Origin: Alphaproteobacteria bacterium
Lineage (GTDB): Bacteria; Pseudomonadota; Alphaproteobacteria; Rs-D84; JAERRO01
Reading direction: 5' to 3'
Assembly (NCBI GenBank): GCA_016735395.1
Contig: JAERRO010000001.1
Location: 2,428-66,427, forward strand
Length of the DNA stretch: 64,000 nucleotides
Shown: positions 8,958-19,579 of the stretch, one piece after another
How the letters are laid out: every line of letters starts with the position of its first letter
Numbering within the stretch: the first letter of the stretch is position 1
Translations under genes and position numbers: made by a program
The notes under the pieces: model-generated
Told to the model about the DNA's origin: nothing
Seen by the model: the letters and a program-made list of their open reading frames with translations, nothing else
Database searches by the model: none

Positions 8958-10820
8958 TTATCTATCTTCTGCGACTGCTGTAGCTATATCTAAAGGAATA
9001 GAACTACCCGTAACCTTTTTCATACTAGAATTATTGTCGTTGCCTACCCAAACGATAATATTGAAGTCATCGCCGAAACCTAAAAACCAGGCATCTCGGT
9101 ATCCTTGCGATGTACCAGTTTTTCCACCCCAAAAAGGCCCGTTTCTAGCTTTATAAGCAGTGCCATAAGGACTACTTATAACCCCTGCAAAAAGGGATCT
9201 CATATTTTCTAAAGTAGTCGTCGAAAAAACTTTATGACCGGATTCGTCCTTCTTTTGATAGATAACTTCTCTATCACCGTTCTCTATGAACCTAACACCA
9301 TAAAATTTACCAGTAGTCCCTTCATCATTGTTAAATATAGAGAAAGACTCCGATAAATCAAAAATAGTAGTCTCCGATGTTCCTAGAACTATACTTAAAT
9401 TATGTGTGTTGAGAGGTCCTAATTTTAACTTTCCAACTGTTTTATATATCTCTTGGATAGAAACGATGATACCTAGACGAATAGGTATAGTATTTATAGA
9501 CGACTCGAAAGCCCGTTGAAGAGTAATCTCGCCTTTATATTTATTGTTATAATTTTCAGGTTCCCATCCATCTATAGAGATAGGCTCATCTATCAATAGA
9601 CTATCAGGAGTCCAACCATACTCGAAAGCAGTCGCATAAACTACCGGTTTAAACAAAGACCCTGGTTGCCGTTTAGCAAGTATAGTACGATTAAACTGCG
9701 ACGATGCATAATCTACACCTCCGATCATAATTTGGATACCTCCATACTCATCAGTCATAAGTATCGCACTTTGAGTAGCCTCTTTGCCGTTAGCAATAGC
9801 ATTTTTAATAATCTCTCTGTTTTTTATAGTAGCCCTCTTCTGTAGCTCTTGATCTATAGTAGTATATACATAAAGATCTTGTCCTCTATACATTTGAGGA
9901 ACCAAAAATTCTAACTCGTCTTTTACCCAGTCCGTGAAATACCTTACGGAAGAGTCCTTTATAGGTTTTACATATTTTGTATTTTTTGCTGTGTTAAACT
10001 CTTCATTAGTTATAATATTACGATCTAGCATAATCTTTAATATTAGATCTCTCCTTTGCATCGCGATTTTTTCGTTAATAGAAGGGTTATATCTAGTAGG
10101 GGCTTTAAGCATAGATATGAGTATGGCACTATCAGATATAGAGATATCCGTTAGAGGCTTTTGAAATAGATCTTTACTAGCAGCATGAAACCCATATAGT
10201 CCTTTGACTAGCGAGACCCTAGATAGATAAAGATTTAAAATTTGTTCTTTAGAAAAAGTCCGCTCTATCCAAATAGTCAACATAAGTTCTTGAACTTTTC
10301 TAGTTATAGTCTGTTTGCGAGTGAGGAATAGGTTTTTTGCTAGTTGTTGAGAGATAGTACTCCCACCTTGAAATCTACCTTTACTCGTAAGGTTAAACAA
10401 AACAGCACGGATAATACCTCTAAAATATATCCCATTATGTTCGAAGAATTTTCTGTCCTCTATTGCTATCAACCCTTTCCAAAAATATTCAGGAGTATCC
10501 TTATATAAGACTCCGTCTCCGAATAAATAGTTTATAGCTAATAAAGGCTTATTATGTTTGTCAAAGAAGCTTATCTCTGCCGGTCTAGTCTGTTGCATCA
10601 TCAGATGAAATTTAGGCATAGAAAAAAATGCTATTAAAAGAAAAAATATTAAATATAAAGTCGACAATAATATACTATATAAAATAAAGTTTTTAACAAA
10701 AGTTTTTTTTCTGTTATCTACACCGAGAACTAGTTTCATAGAAAATCTATACTTTCCACCTGTAAACCACTTTGCAGTTTTATCTTTCTTGAGTTTTTGA
10801 AGTTCATTATCTAAATTCAT
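8958..10820 (-). CDS. mrcA: Class A penicillin-binding protein (glycosyltransferase GT51 + transpeptidase)
   Basis: N-terminal membrane anchor. GT51 motifs IAIEDRKFFEHNG, GGSTISQQLAKN and RKVQE. Transpeptidase motifs SLFKP (SxxK), SIN (SxN) and GKTGTS (KTG). Confidence 0.8.
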   Translation of the reverse strand: MNLDNELQKLKKDKTAKWFTGGKYRFSMKLVLGVDNRKKTFVKNFILYSILLSTLYLIFFLLIAFFSMPKFHLMMQQTRPAEISFFDKHNKPLLAINYLFGDGVLYKDTPEYFWKGLIAIEDRKFFEHNGIYFRGIIRAVLFNLTSKGRFQGGSTISQQLAKNLFLTRKQTITRKVQELMLTIWIERTFSKEQILNLYLSRVSLVKGLYGFHAASKDLFQKPLTDISISDSAILISMLKAPTRYNPSINEKIAMQRRDLILKIMLDRNIITNEEFNTAKNTKYVKPIKDSSVRYFTDWVKDELEFLVPQMYRGQDLYVYTTIDQELQKRATIKNREIIKNAIANGKEATQSAILMTDEYGGIQIMIGGVDYASSQFNRTILAKRQPGSLFKPVVYATAFEYGWTPDSLLIDEPISIDGWEPENYNNKYKGEITLQRAFESSINTIPIRLGIIVSIQEIYKTVGKLKLGPLNTHNLSIVLGTSETTIFDLSESFSIFNNDEGTTGKFYGVRFIENGDREVIYQKKDESGHKVFSTTTLENMRSLFAGVISSPYGTAYKARNGPFWGGKTGTSQGYRDAWFLGFGDDFNIIVWVGNDNNSSMKKVTGSSIPLDIATAVAEDR

Positions 10821-10825
10821 AACGG

Positions 10826-12004
10826 CTATTTTTTATGGACAACAGTAGTTTTGCCGTCTATAAAATTCAGAACAAGTTCCTCCGTTTTACTAGCGGTTCC
10901 TACACTTTTTATAACAGTTCCATCACTATCTGTGGCAAAAATAAACCCTCGTTCCATAGTCTTTTTCAACGAATAGCTCTCTAACAGACTTTTTAAATTT
11001 TCAACCCTTATTTTTAGTGTCTCTAGTTTATTTATCTGAGTAGTCTGTATTTTCTGCATAGAGAAATCTAAAAAGAGTTGTCTTTCTCTGACTTTATCTA
11101 GAGGCGACTTTAGCTTCGCCATATCCATTATATTGTATAAATTCTTTACTTTATTATGTAAACTATGTCTAATATATCTCATTCGTTCATCTAACTTATT
11201 AGCTATAAATTCTTGTGTAAATTTAGTAGCTATCTCGGCGGCTCCAGTAGGTGTAGGAGCCCTCTTGTCCGCTACAAAATCTGCTAGAGTAGTATCGGTT
11301 TCATGCCCTATAGCACTGATAACCGGGCAAGGGCATTTATATATAGACCTGACGATTTCTTCATCGTTAAAACAAAACAGATCTTCAAAACTTCCTCCGC
11401 CTCGTGCTAGGATAACCGTGTCGATATCATTTCTACTGCTTATATGTTTAAAAGCGGACACAATAGTTTTTTTCGCATCTTGCCCTTGGACGACTACAGG
11501 GTACAGTTCTACTTTTGTCTTCCACCGTTCATCTAGTCTATGCAGAATATCTTGTAAAACGGATCCAGTTTTAGAGGTTATCACGGCTATAGTAGAAGGA
11601 TACAAAGGTATCTCTTTCTTTTTATCTAAATCGAATAGTCCTTCGTTTTTGAGTCTTAATTTTAACTCCTCTAACTTTTTTAATAGATCTCCCTCGCCAC
11701 TAGTTTCCATAGAGTTAACTATTAGTTGGTAAGAAGATTTTCCTTTCGAATAGCTAGAAACTTTGCCAGAAACGATGACCTCGTTGCCCTCCTTAAAGTC
11801 CACAGCAATATTAGTTCCTCTCCAGATTATCATAGAGATAACACTATCGGAGTCTTTCAAGGATAAATAAGTATGACCGGAGGAATGTCTATGAACATTA
11901 GAGATCTCACCTTTAATACGGACAGAGGTAAAAGTGACCTCAAGTGTATTCTTAATAACTGATGATATTTCCGAAACGGAAAAGATAGTATCTATTTCTT
12001 TCAT
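10826..12004 (-). CDS. xseA: Exodeoxyribonuclease VII large subunit
   Basis: N-terminal OB-fold region IFSVSEISSVIKNTLE...VRIKGEISN..GHTYLSLKD followed by the catalytic domain. 392 aa, lying 5 bp downstream of the PBP gene. Confidence 0.85.
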   Translation of the reverse strand: MKEIDTIFSVSEISSVIKNTLEVTFTSVRIKGEISNVHRHSSGHTYLSLKDSDSVISMIIWRGTNIAVDFKEGNEVIVSGKVSSYSKGKSSYQLIVNSMETSGEGDLLKKLEELKLRLKNEGLFDLDKKKEIPLYPSTIAVITSKTGSVLQDILHRLDERWKTKVELYPVVVQGQDAKKTIVSAFKHISSRNDIDTVILARGGGSFEDLFCFNDEEIVRSIYKCPCPVISAIGHETDTTLADFVADKRAPTPTGAAEIATKFTQEFIANKLDERMRYIRHSLHNKVKNLYNIMDMAKLKSPLDKVRERQLFLDFSMQKIQTTQINKLETLKIRVENLKSLLESYSLKKTMERGFIFATDSDGTVIKSVGTASKTEELVLNFIDGKTTVVHKK

Positions 12005-12045
12005 ATTATACCTTTAGAAGATTTTAACTTCCTTTTCAAGCAAAA

Positions 12046-13080
12046 TTATTCTTCTACACTCCAGTTAGATCGAGAAGTAGCACAAAGTTCGGTATCAAAG
12101 TTATCTACAGAACAGACTTTTTCTATACCTGCGAAAGCTATCATAGCTCCGTTATCTGTACACAGATTCGGCGGAGGGGCAACAATATTATAATTAGGTA
12201 TTTTATTTTTTAGAGATGTTAACAGCAATTTATTTTTGGCGACCCCACCGACGATAGCTATAGTATCGATGCCGTCGAGTTTTACGATAGAGTTGCTAGT
12301 AGTTTCTATAATATGTTTGAACACGGCGACTTGAAAAGTTTTACAAAAGTCAGATTTGAGTTTGTCATCTTTCAAGATATTAGGATGTTGATTTATAAAT
12401 TGTCTAGCTTTAGATTTAAAGCCGGAGAAAGACATAGTATTTTCTATCTTGAATTTGGGTTGTTTGAATAGGTTCTCTAAAAGTTTTTCGTTAGAAGTAG
12501 TAAACTCGTCGGCACATTCTTCTATAGTAGCTCCATTAGGCGGAGACAAGTTTAACATTCTAGCGACCTTGTCTAATACCTCTCCGGCAGAGTCATCCGC
12601 AGTGGCAGAGAGGATAGTCATATCGTTGTACCCATTTACTAGAATTATTTGACAATGTCCGCCACTAGTCAAAATAGCTACATAAGGAAAGTCGATTTTA
12701 TTATTTATCTTGACACTTAAAATATGGGCTTTTATATGATTGACACTGATAAAAGGAATATCATTTGCTAAAGCTAATCCTTTACCAAACTGTGATCCCA
12801 CCGTTAAACATCCTATTAGTCCTGGGCCTGTGGTTGTGGCTATGTGCGAAATATCTTTCATCTTGACCTTTGAATTATCTATAAAGTCTTGAAACATAGC
12901 AGGTAAAATTTGTAGATGACCTCTAGAAGCCACCTCGGGGACTACACCGCCAAATTTTATGTGTTCGTCTTGTGTAAATATTTTATGATATAGAATAATC
13001 GGTAGAGACAAATCTGTCTTTCTCTCTATTACAGCAATAGAGGTTTCATCGCAACTGGTTTCTATACCGAGACATATCAC
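12046..13080 (-). CDS. tsaD: tRNA N6-adenosine threonylcarbamoyltransferase (Kae1/YgjD family)
   Basis: MICLGIETSCDETSIAVI N-terminus, HxxxH metal site (HIKAHI), 344 aa. Confidence 0.9.
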   Translation of the reverse strand: MICLGIETSCDETSIAVIERKTDLSLPIILYHKIFTQDEHIKFGGVVPEVASRGHLQILPAMFQDFIDNSKVKMKDISHIATTTGPGLIGCLTVGSQFGKGLALANDIPFISVNHIKAHILSVKINNKIDFPYVAILTSGGHCQIILVNGYNDMTILSATADDSAGEVLDKVARMLNLSPPNGATIEECADEFTTSNEKLLENLFKQPKFKIENTMSFSGFKSKARQFINQHPNILKDDKLKSDFCKTFQVAVFKHIIETTSNSIVKLDGIDTIAIVGGVAKNKLLLTSLKNKIPNYNIVAPPPNLCTDNGAMIAFAGIEKVCSVDNFDTELCATSRSNWSVEE

Positions 13081-13142
13081 TTTATAATCCTTTATAAGGT
13101 TATAATTTAGTCTATCTATATCATAATATCAAGAAGTATAAA

Positions 13143-14330
13143 CTAAAAAGTGTCTTCTATAAACTCTAAAATAGTCATCTTTATATATGTATCAACCGCG
13201 GAAGTCCTCTTGACTAGTATCTGCGATTTACTATTAGTATAACATCTCATAGTAATATAGCCGTTTTTATGTAGTATAGGCATTTGGTGATCAGTCTCTG
13301 GAGAGACTATAACTAATGTGTCTGTATGTGTAGTTCTGTTAAAGTCAAAATGAACTAAAACCTCTGTATCTTTTTTGAGAGGTATATCTATATCTACAGG
13401 GATAACTTCGTCGGTCTTTGTAGAATTTCTGACTATAATACTTTGTGGAGATGCAAAGATAAATTTATCTCTAACCATTCTAAACTCTAAGATATTATCG
13501 AATTTGTCCATATATATGGAACCTAAAGTTCTAGTATGAATAAAATTATTTAAAACAATGTCTTCATTTTTCAAAAGTTGTTCTTCGTCAAGATCCGTAA
13601 GCACTATATCGCTTGATCCGTCTGCTTTTCCTATGATAACTATATTATACCAGTTTTCTACAGTTAATTTATCTTCTGAATTTTTAATTACACACCCTTG
13701 AAACATACCTGCAGAAAAATCCATTTCAATAGACTTCGTTATATTCTCTGGTAGATATAAATTTGCGGTACCATTTGAATTTCTACATCGTCCTTTAGAA
13801 ATACTAAAAGTCTTTTCAGAAGCACGGCTTATCTTTAGCCCGAAACTAACATTACTGTCATCACCCAAATTTTCTATAAGCCGTTTAACAGAATTTGCAG
13901 TTATAGCTTTAGAATCATCTACCCCGTTGAATACATCGCTAGGTGTAGCTATCTTTATAAGCCCTAATTCTTCCGTTGAAGCCGTTTTAACTACATTTGA
14001 AAGATCATTTTTTGCTACACCTAAAAGTGCTAAAGTATCTATGTCGACATTATCGAGATCTCTAGTGAGAACCCCTCTTCCTTTTAATATGTCGATATCT
14101 AATTTTTTTAAATCAGTAGTAAGTATCCCTCTATCTTGAAGTATATCTATGTCGAGGTTTTCTAAATTTTCTTTCAGTAGAGGAAATCCGGAAAGAGTTT
14201 TACCGTCATGACAGACTATGGTCTTTTTAGTAGCATCATAAGTTATTTCACCTTCTAATCCAGTAAACGATGTATACTCTTTTTCATCTCCCCTGCGAAG
14301 TTGTAAAGCTGTAGTAGTTTTTAAGTTCAT
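13143..14330 (-). CDS. Phage tail-fibre-like protein (tail-fibre N-terminal domain plus internal tandem peptide repeats)
   Basis: N-terminus ALQLRRGDEKEY...GLEGEITYDATKKTIVCHDGKTLSGFPL matches the widespread phage tail-fibre/minor-tail motif LRRGT..W...NPvL..GE.g.etDTg..KiGDG.T.W..Lp. Followed by about four 15-aa repeats (L..LDIDIL..RG.LT.DL). Confidence 0.5.
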   Translation of the reverse strand: MNLKTTTALQLRRGDEKEYTSFTGLEGEITYDATKKTIVCHDGKTLSGFPLLKENLENLDIDILQDRGILTTDLKKLDIDILKGRGVLTRDLDNVDIDTLALLGVAKNDLSNVVKTASTEELGLIKIATPSDVFNGVDDSKAITANSVKRLIENLGDDSNVSFGLKISRASEKTFSISKGRCRNSNGTANLYLPENITKSIEMDFSAGMFQGCVIKNSEDKLTVENWYNIVIIGKADGSSDIVLTDLDEEQLLKNEDIVLNNFIHTRTLGSIYMDKFDNILEFRMVRDKFIFASPQSIIVRNSTKTDEVIPVDIDIPLKKDTEVLVHFDFNRTTHTDTLVIVSPETDHQMPILHKNGYITMRCYTNSKSQILVKRTSAVDTYIKMTILEFIEDTF

Positions 14331-14527
14331 ATAAATTCCTTTTGAAATATGTCTTTTAGTTCTAAACTTACCGTTAAAAGTTCTATCTATTAAAGGACAA
14401 AGTTAGTATATTAAAAAATCGTGAGTTCTTCTAGATCAGTATAATTTTAGAAAATAGAAGGTAGTAAAAAATGTTTTACTTTAAAAGTTATTATACCACA
14501 AAAATGAAGATAAATCAAGAGATAATA

Positions 14528-15046
14528 TTAAAGGGTATCGTAAACCCACTCGAAACATTTCTGTGTCGGTCTAAACTCCATCGTTAACTTCTCATCTTGA
14601 GTATTAACATATTTTTGAATTTTACGGTTGAAAATTCCTCTAGGATCACCGTCGCACATTATCCGTTTGCCGAAACACTGGATACATATGCCATTGATAA
14701 CATTTTGATTCTCACAGTTTTTGTCTATATCACGGGAGTAGCCACTTTTACTAGTCTCGTCCTCCCCCATAAACATAGACCTCTCTAGATCTAAACACCA
14801 GATAGGAGAACATTTATGCATCTCTAGTTTTTGTATATCTTCCTTCCCGAGACCCCCGATTTTATCATAATCGACTGTAATTCGTTGCAAAGCATATGGC
14901 CCTTTACATCTTAAAGTACTATGTTGCTCTACTAACCTTCTAGCACATATATCTCCTCCGAAGACTACTACCAAAATTATAAAAATTAAAAATCGATAAA
15001 AATAAGCAAACATAAAAATCTCTCTATAGTTGATTGCTTTTGTCAT
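14528..15046 (-). CDS. Hypothetical membrane-anchored or secreted Cys-rich protein
   Basis: 172-aa ORF with a hydrophobic N-terminal segment (FAYFYRFLIFIILVVVFGG) and 8 Cys; no recognisable domain. Confidence 0.35.
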   Translation of the reverse strand: MTKAINYREIFMFAYFYRFLIFIILVVVFGGDICARRLVEQHSTLRCKGPYALQRITVDYDKIGGLGKEDIQKLEMHKCSPIWCLDLERSMFMGEDETSKSGYSRDIDKNCENQNVINGICIQCFGKRIMCDGDPRGIFNRKIQKYVNTQDEKLTMEFRPTQKCFEWVYDTL

Positions 15047-15095
15047 TAGTATAATATATAATTAGTTAATATACAACCTATTATAGAATAAATAA

Positions 15096-15494
15096 ATGAA
15101 TAAAACCTCTTTAGCCCGACTGTTAGCAGTTCAATCTACTTTTCCACTATTATACGGAGGCAAATTCTGGATGGAAGATGAAATCTTAAAACAAGAACTA
15201 GAAGTATTCGGCATCTCTACTCGCGATAAAAAATTTGAACTGTCTCTAATAGAAGTGTGGAAGAGTAATTATGAAGATGCAGACACTTTTATATTATCTA
15301 ACTTAAACAAAAAAATCCCGTTAGACCCCGTTTTGAGATTATTATTACAATATGCCTATGTCGAGTTTACACACATCAAGACTAAAAGAAGTATAGTCAT
15401 ATCAGAATATAAAAAGTTGGCACTATTATTCGGAGACAAAGAATACGAGAAGTTTGTGCAAGGTATATTAAACAAATTAGAACAAGAAAAATAA
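15096..15494 (+). CDS. nusB: Transcription antitermination factor NusB
   Basis: 132 aa. SLARLLAVQSTF resembles the NusB ARelAvQaLY N-terminal motif; IPLDPVLRLLLQYAYVEF resembles the central helix. Confidence 0.55.
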   Translation: MNKTSLARLLAVQSTFPLLYGGKFWMEDEILKQELEVFGISTRDKKFELSLIEVWKSNYEDADTFILSNLNKKIPLDPVLRLLLQYAYVEFTHIKTKRSIVISEYKKLALLFGDKEYEKFVQGILNKLEQEK

Positions 15495-15625
15495 GCCGAT
15501 TGATATGACAGAACTCATAAGAAATTTTTTGTATGTTGCAGGGATATTATGTATACTGTTTTTTAGTTTATATGGACTGATAAGTTTAATTTTACAGTTG
15601 TCCTCACATTAACAAATTACGGATA

Positions 15626-16048
15626 TCAATTTAAACACGGTAATACAGTTTTATCTTCACGATAGGTGTGTTTTACTTTACTAAAACTTTTAATATCCCA
15701 TGACGGAAAATCCGTTCTAGTCTTCGCAATATTCTCGTCATTTACTATAATAGTTTTAGATATAATCTTTTTATTTTTATCGAATTCTATTATAAATTCT
15801 GTATTATCTATAATAGAAATAGAAATAGGATTTCTATGTTGTTCTGTAAAACCATAATAGATCCATTTATTACCGACTTTTAAGGAAGGGTCGCCTAAAA
15901 TTTCGTATGTATCTTCGGCCGTTTTTATATTCTGAATTTCGTTCGCATTCTGTTCTTTATCAAAATAATATCCTCTATGAAAATTATTACAACCTACCGT
16001 AGTAAAGATTAAAAGTCCTACGAGAATCTTTATACAGACATTACTCAT
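15626..16048 (-). CDS. bamE: BamE/SmpA-OmlA-like outer-membrane lipoprotein
   Basis: Lipobox TTVGC after a hydrophobic leader. ~120-aa mature domain with a GDPS...W.Y...F motif as in SmpA_OmlA. Overlaps the PFOR gene by 8 bp. Confidence 0.45.
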   Translation of the reverse strand: MSNVCIKILVGLLIFTTVGCNNFHRGYYFDKEQNANEIQNIKTAEDTYEILGDPSLKVGNKWIYYGFTEQHRNPISISIIDNTEFIIEFDKNKKIISKTIIVNDENIAKTRTDFPSWDIKSFSKVKHTYREDKTVLPCLN

Positions 16049-19000
16049 CTTTATTTATAGAAGCATCATCACAGTTAATTTTATTTTCGGCTTTACTAAC
16101 GAGTTCTTCGAATTTGCGAGGATCCGCTTTAGAAGTATTAGAAAATCGTCCTTCGCTAAGTAGAAACTGTTTAAGTTTGTCAGGATTAGATTTAGAGTCG
16201 AGTTGCATAGGGTTTTTATCAGAGCCTTTAAGTCTAGGATCGAATCTAAATAGAGGCCATTCTCCAGAAGAGACGGCATCTATTTGATGTTGAGCCCCTA
16301 ATCCTTCGCTAATTTTATATTTATGTTCTATACAAGGTGCATGAGCCAGAATAACAGAAGGGCCGTTAAAACTTTCAGCTTCTATTATAGCTTTAATAGA
16401 TTGTGCCGGATTCGCTAACATAGCGATTTGTGCTACATAAATTTCTCCGTTTGCTAGTAAAATGTTTCCTAAATTTTTCTTATGTACCTGTTTTCCAGAA
16501 GAAGCAAATTTCATAGTAGCTCCGATAGGTGTAGCTTTAGAAGCCTGTCCCCCTGTATTTGAATATCCTTGAGTATCTAACACTAGAGTATTTATGTTAG
16601 CAGAAGTGTGAATAATGTGATCTAATCCACCGTAGCCGATGTCATATGCCCATCCGTCGCCTCCGACTAACCACATTGATTTTTCTCGAAGGAAATTTAT
16701 AAGATTCTTAATTTCATCGTTGTCTCTAGATCTAGGAAGCTTGTCTATATCGACTTTCAGATCTTTAAACTTCGCATTAAAACTAGTCTTTCCGCTAGGA
16801 GTAGTTTGATCTATCTTCAAAACTTCTTCAACCAAAGAAGAGTTGATATCAGACTTGTTTTTCTCTAGTAAATTTACGATCCTCCTCGAAAACAGAGAAA
16901 TAATACTGGTCATTCCTAACCCATATTCAGCATTATTCTCGAATAAAGAGTTAGACCAAGCAGGACCTTTTCCTTCGTTAGTAGTCGACCAAGGAGTCGT
17001 CGGTAGAGATCCACCAAAAATAGAAGTACACCCAGTAGCATTTGCTACTATCATATGTTCCCCGAATAGTTGAGTTATCAACTTGAGGTAAGGAGTTTCT
17101 CCGCATCCGGCACAGGCACCAGAGAACTCGAATAGAGGTTGCATCAATTGACTATGTTTCATTATAAGCGGGTTCAGATCCTCTTTATTTACATATGGGA
17201 GGCTAATCATAAAGTCGAATTTGTCTTGTTCTTCTTGTACATTTACTGAATTTATGTCTACCATTTCTAGTGCTTTTTTTCCAGTCTCTCTATCGATCGC
17301 AGGACACACCACAGAACATAGATTACAACCTGTACAGTCCATACTGGAAGTTTGAACGGTATATTGATAACCATCTTTTAAGTCTTTCCCCTTGTACTTG
17401 ATACTTTTATAATTTTTAGGAGAATCTTCTAGTTGAGACTCGGTAGCTACAGAGGTTCTAATAGCAGAATGAGGACAGACGAAGGCACATTTTCCGCACT
17501 GAATACAGATGTCGGGATCCCAATCAGGAATTTTAGGTGCGATAGTCCTCTTTTCTAACTTAGTAGTGCCAGTTATATATTCTCCTCTATTTAGAAATGC
17601 GGATACGGGAAGGGTATCTCCGTTTCCTTCTAGAATAAGTCGGACTAAATTGTCTGTATAATCGTCTATGGAGCCGTATATGACAGAAATAGCATCTTTA
17701 GCATCATCGCTTTTTTCGGTAGGAATTTCTATTTTTGTCATTTTGTCTGTAGACCGTTCGATAGCACTAATATTAGATTTTAATATGGCTTCTCCCCTAT
17801 GTGCAAAAGATTTTTTTGCAAAATCCTTTAAAGACTTTTCTGCCAAACTATAATCTATGACTTCAGTTAACTTAAACATACAAGACTGCAAAATAGGACT
17901 AACTATGGCTCCCATTTTCAATTCTTGAGCTAACGAAGTAGCATCTATAGCCCACACAGAAACATTTTTTCGTATAATAGTTTCTTGAACTTCTTTTGTA
18001 AAATTGTTAAAAGTTTTATCTCCATAAGGAGAATTTATTAGAAAAATCCCGTTTTCTTTAATTTTTGTTAAGATGTTCTGTTTCTTAATCAGAGGAAAAT
18101 AACTACAAGAAATAAAATCAGCTTTATCTATAAGATATTCAGACAAAATTTCTCTGTCGCTAAACCGTAGATGGGAAGTAGTAGTATTGCCGGCCTTTTT
18201 AGAATCATAAACGGCATATCCCTGTACAAATTTGTCTGTGTTCTCACCAATAATTTTAATACTATTTTTTCCTGCAGTAACACTACCATCTGAACCTAGT
18301 CCATAGATGAGTATATCTTTAACACCTTCATTTTCTATGTAAAAATCCTCTAGAGGAAGAGATAAATGTGTAATATCGTCGTTGATACCAACTGTAAATT
18401 CGTCTTGTAATTTGTCGCCAGTAAGCATATCGTATATAGCCTTTACACAATTAGGAGTAAACTCTTTACTAGATAGTCCGTATCTACCTCTAACTACTTC
18501 AATATTACTTTTCTTTGCCTTAAATAAAGAAGTGCTGACATTTAGGAAGAACGGTTCTCCGACCATTCCAGGAGATTTGCAATGATCTAGAACTGCTATA
18601 TTTTCCGTAGAATTGGGCAGGGCATTGATAAAGTCTTCAGTAGACCAAGGATTCAAAATTCTAATAGATAGAACACCGTAGTCAGGGTTATCAGTATACT
18701 CTAAAAATTCTCTAATAGTACTTACACCCGCACCCGCTATAACTATAATATTCTTTGCACTCTTACTTCCGTAATATTCCATGACATTATACTTAAATCC
18801 TGTCTCGTCTTCAAACTCTTTAAAAGTATCTTTGATGATCTCGACGGCATTATTATAATTACTGTTTATAGCTTCAAATCCTTGAAAATATATGTCTGGA
18901 TTTTGAGCCGACCCCCGTAATTTAGGGTTTTCTGGTAGATTAGCTTCTGATCTAAATTTGTTTAGAGACTCCCAAGGAAATAATTTTGAAATAGTATCGT

Positions 19001-19574
19001 TAGATAAAGAATAGAATTTTGAGATCTCACTAGAAGTTCTCCAACCGTCCATAGAATTGATAAAAGGTATTCTAGTCTTGAGAGATATAGCATTCGATAA
19101 AAATGCCATGTGATGACTTTCCTGAACAGTATTACTAAAAATTACACCGAATCCAGTCTGTAGAGTAGCCATAATATCGCTTTTGTCTCCAAAGATAGAA
19201 AGAGCATGAGTAGCAATAGTCCTCGAAGCCACATGAATTACACAAGGTAATTGTTCTCCCATAATTTTAAACATCGTCGGTATCATCAAGAGTAGACCTT
19301 GAGAAGCCGTAAAAGTAGTAGCCATACTACCTAGTTGTAAAGCTCCGTGTAATGCACCTATAGCTCCACCTTCAGATTGCATTTGAATAACTTGAGAGGT
19401 ATCGCCGAAGATATTTTCTGTTTTCTTACTGGATAATCCATCGTATGCCTCTGCCATATCTGTAGACGGAGTAATAGGAAAAATATAGGAAAAGTCGCTT
19501 AATAGGTATGCTATTTGTGCTACAGCAAAAGATCCGTCACTAATTTGAAAAGTTTTATTTTGAGTAATCGTCAA
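16041..19574 (-). CDS. nifJ: Pyruvate:ferredoxin (flavodoxin) oxidoreductase, copy 1
   Basis: 1177 aa. Two 4Fe-4S ferredoxin motifs CIQCGKCAFVCP and CTGCNLCSVVCP; TPP-binding GGDGWAYDIGYGGLDH; PFOR-type N-terminus. Confidence 0.9.
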   Translation of the reverse strand: MTITQNKTFQISDGSFAVAQIAYLLSDFSYIFPITPSTDMAEAYDGLSSKKTENIFGDTSQVIQMQSEGGAIGALHGALQLGSMATTFTASQGLLLMIPTMFKIMGEQLPCVIHVASRTIATHALSIFGDKSDIMATLQTGFGVIFSNTVQESHHMAFLSNAISLKTRIPFINSMDGWRTSSEISKFYSLSNDTISKLFPWESLNKFRSEANLPENPKLRGSAQNPDIYFQGFEAINSNYNNAVEIIKDTFKEFEDETGFKYNVMEYYGSKSAKNIIVIAGAGVSTIREFLEYTDNPDYGVLSIRILNPWSTEDFINALPNSTENIAVLDHCKSPGMVGEPFFLNVSTSLFKAKKSNIEVVRGRYGLSSKEFTPNCVKAIYDMLTGDKLQDEFTVGINDDITHLSLPLEDFYIENEGVKDILIYGLGSDGSVTAGKNSIKIIGENTDKFVQGYAVYDSKKAGNTTTSHLRFSDREILSEYLIDKADFISCSYFPLIKKQNILTKIKENGIFLINSPYGDKTFNNFTKEVQETIIRKNVSVWAIDATSLAQELKMGAIVSPILQSCMFKLTEVIDYSLAEKSLKDFAKKSFAHRGEAILKSNISAIERSTDKMTKIEIPTEKSDDAKDAISVIYGSIDDYTDNLVRLILEGNGDTLPVSAFLNRGEYITGTTKLEKRTIAPKIPDWDPDICIQCGKCAFVCPHSAIRTSVATESQLEDSPKNYKSIKYKGKDLKDGYQYTVQTSSMDCTGCNLCSVVCPAIDRETGKKALEMVDINSVNVQEEQDKFDFMISLPYVNKEDLNPLIMKHSQLMQPLFEFSGACAGCGETPYLKLITQLFGEHMIVANATGCTSIFGGSLPTTPWSTTNEGKGPAWSNSLFENNAEYGLGMTSIISLFSRRIVNLLEKNKSDINSSLVEEVLKIDQTTPSGKTSFNAKFKDLKVDIDKLPRSRDNDEIKNLINFLREKSMWLVGGDGWAYDIGYGGLDHIIHTSANINTLVLDTQGYSNTGGQASKATPIGATMKFASSGKQVHKKNLGNILLANGEIYVAQIAMLANPAQSIKAIIEAESFNGPSVILAHAPCIEHKYKISEGLGAQHQIDAVSSGEWPLFRFDPRLKGSDKNPMQLDSKSNPDKLKQFLLSEGRFSNTSKADPRKFEELVSKAENKINCDDASINKDE

Positions 19575-19579
19575 TCCTT

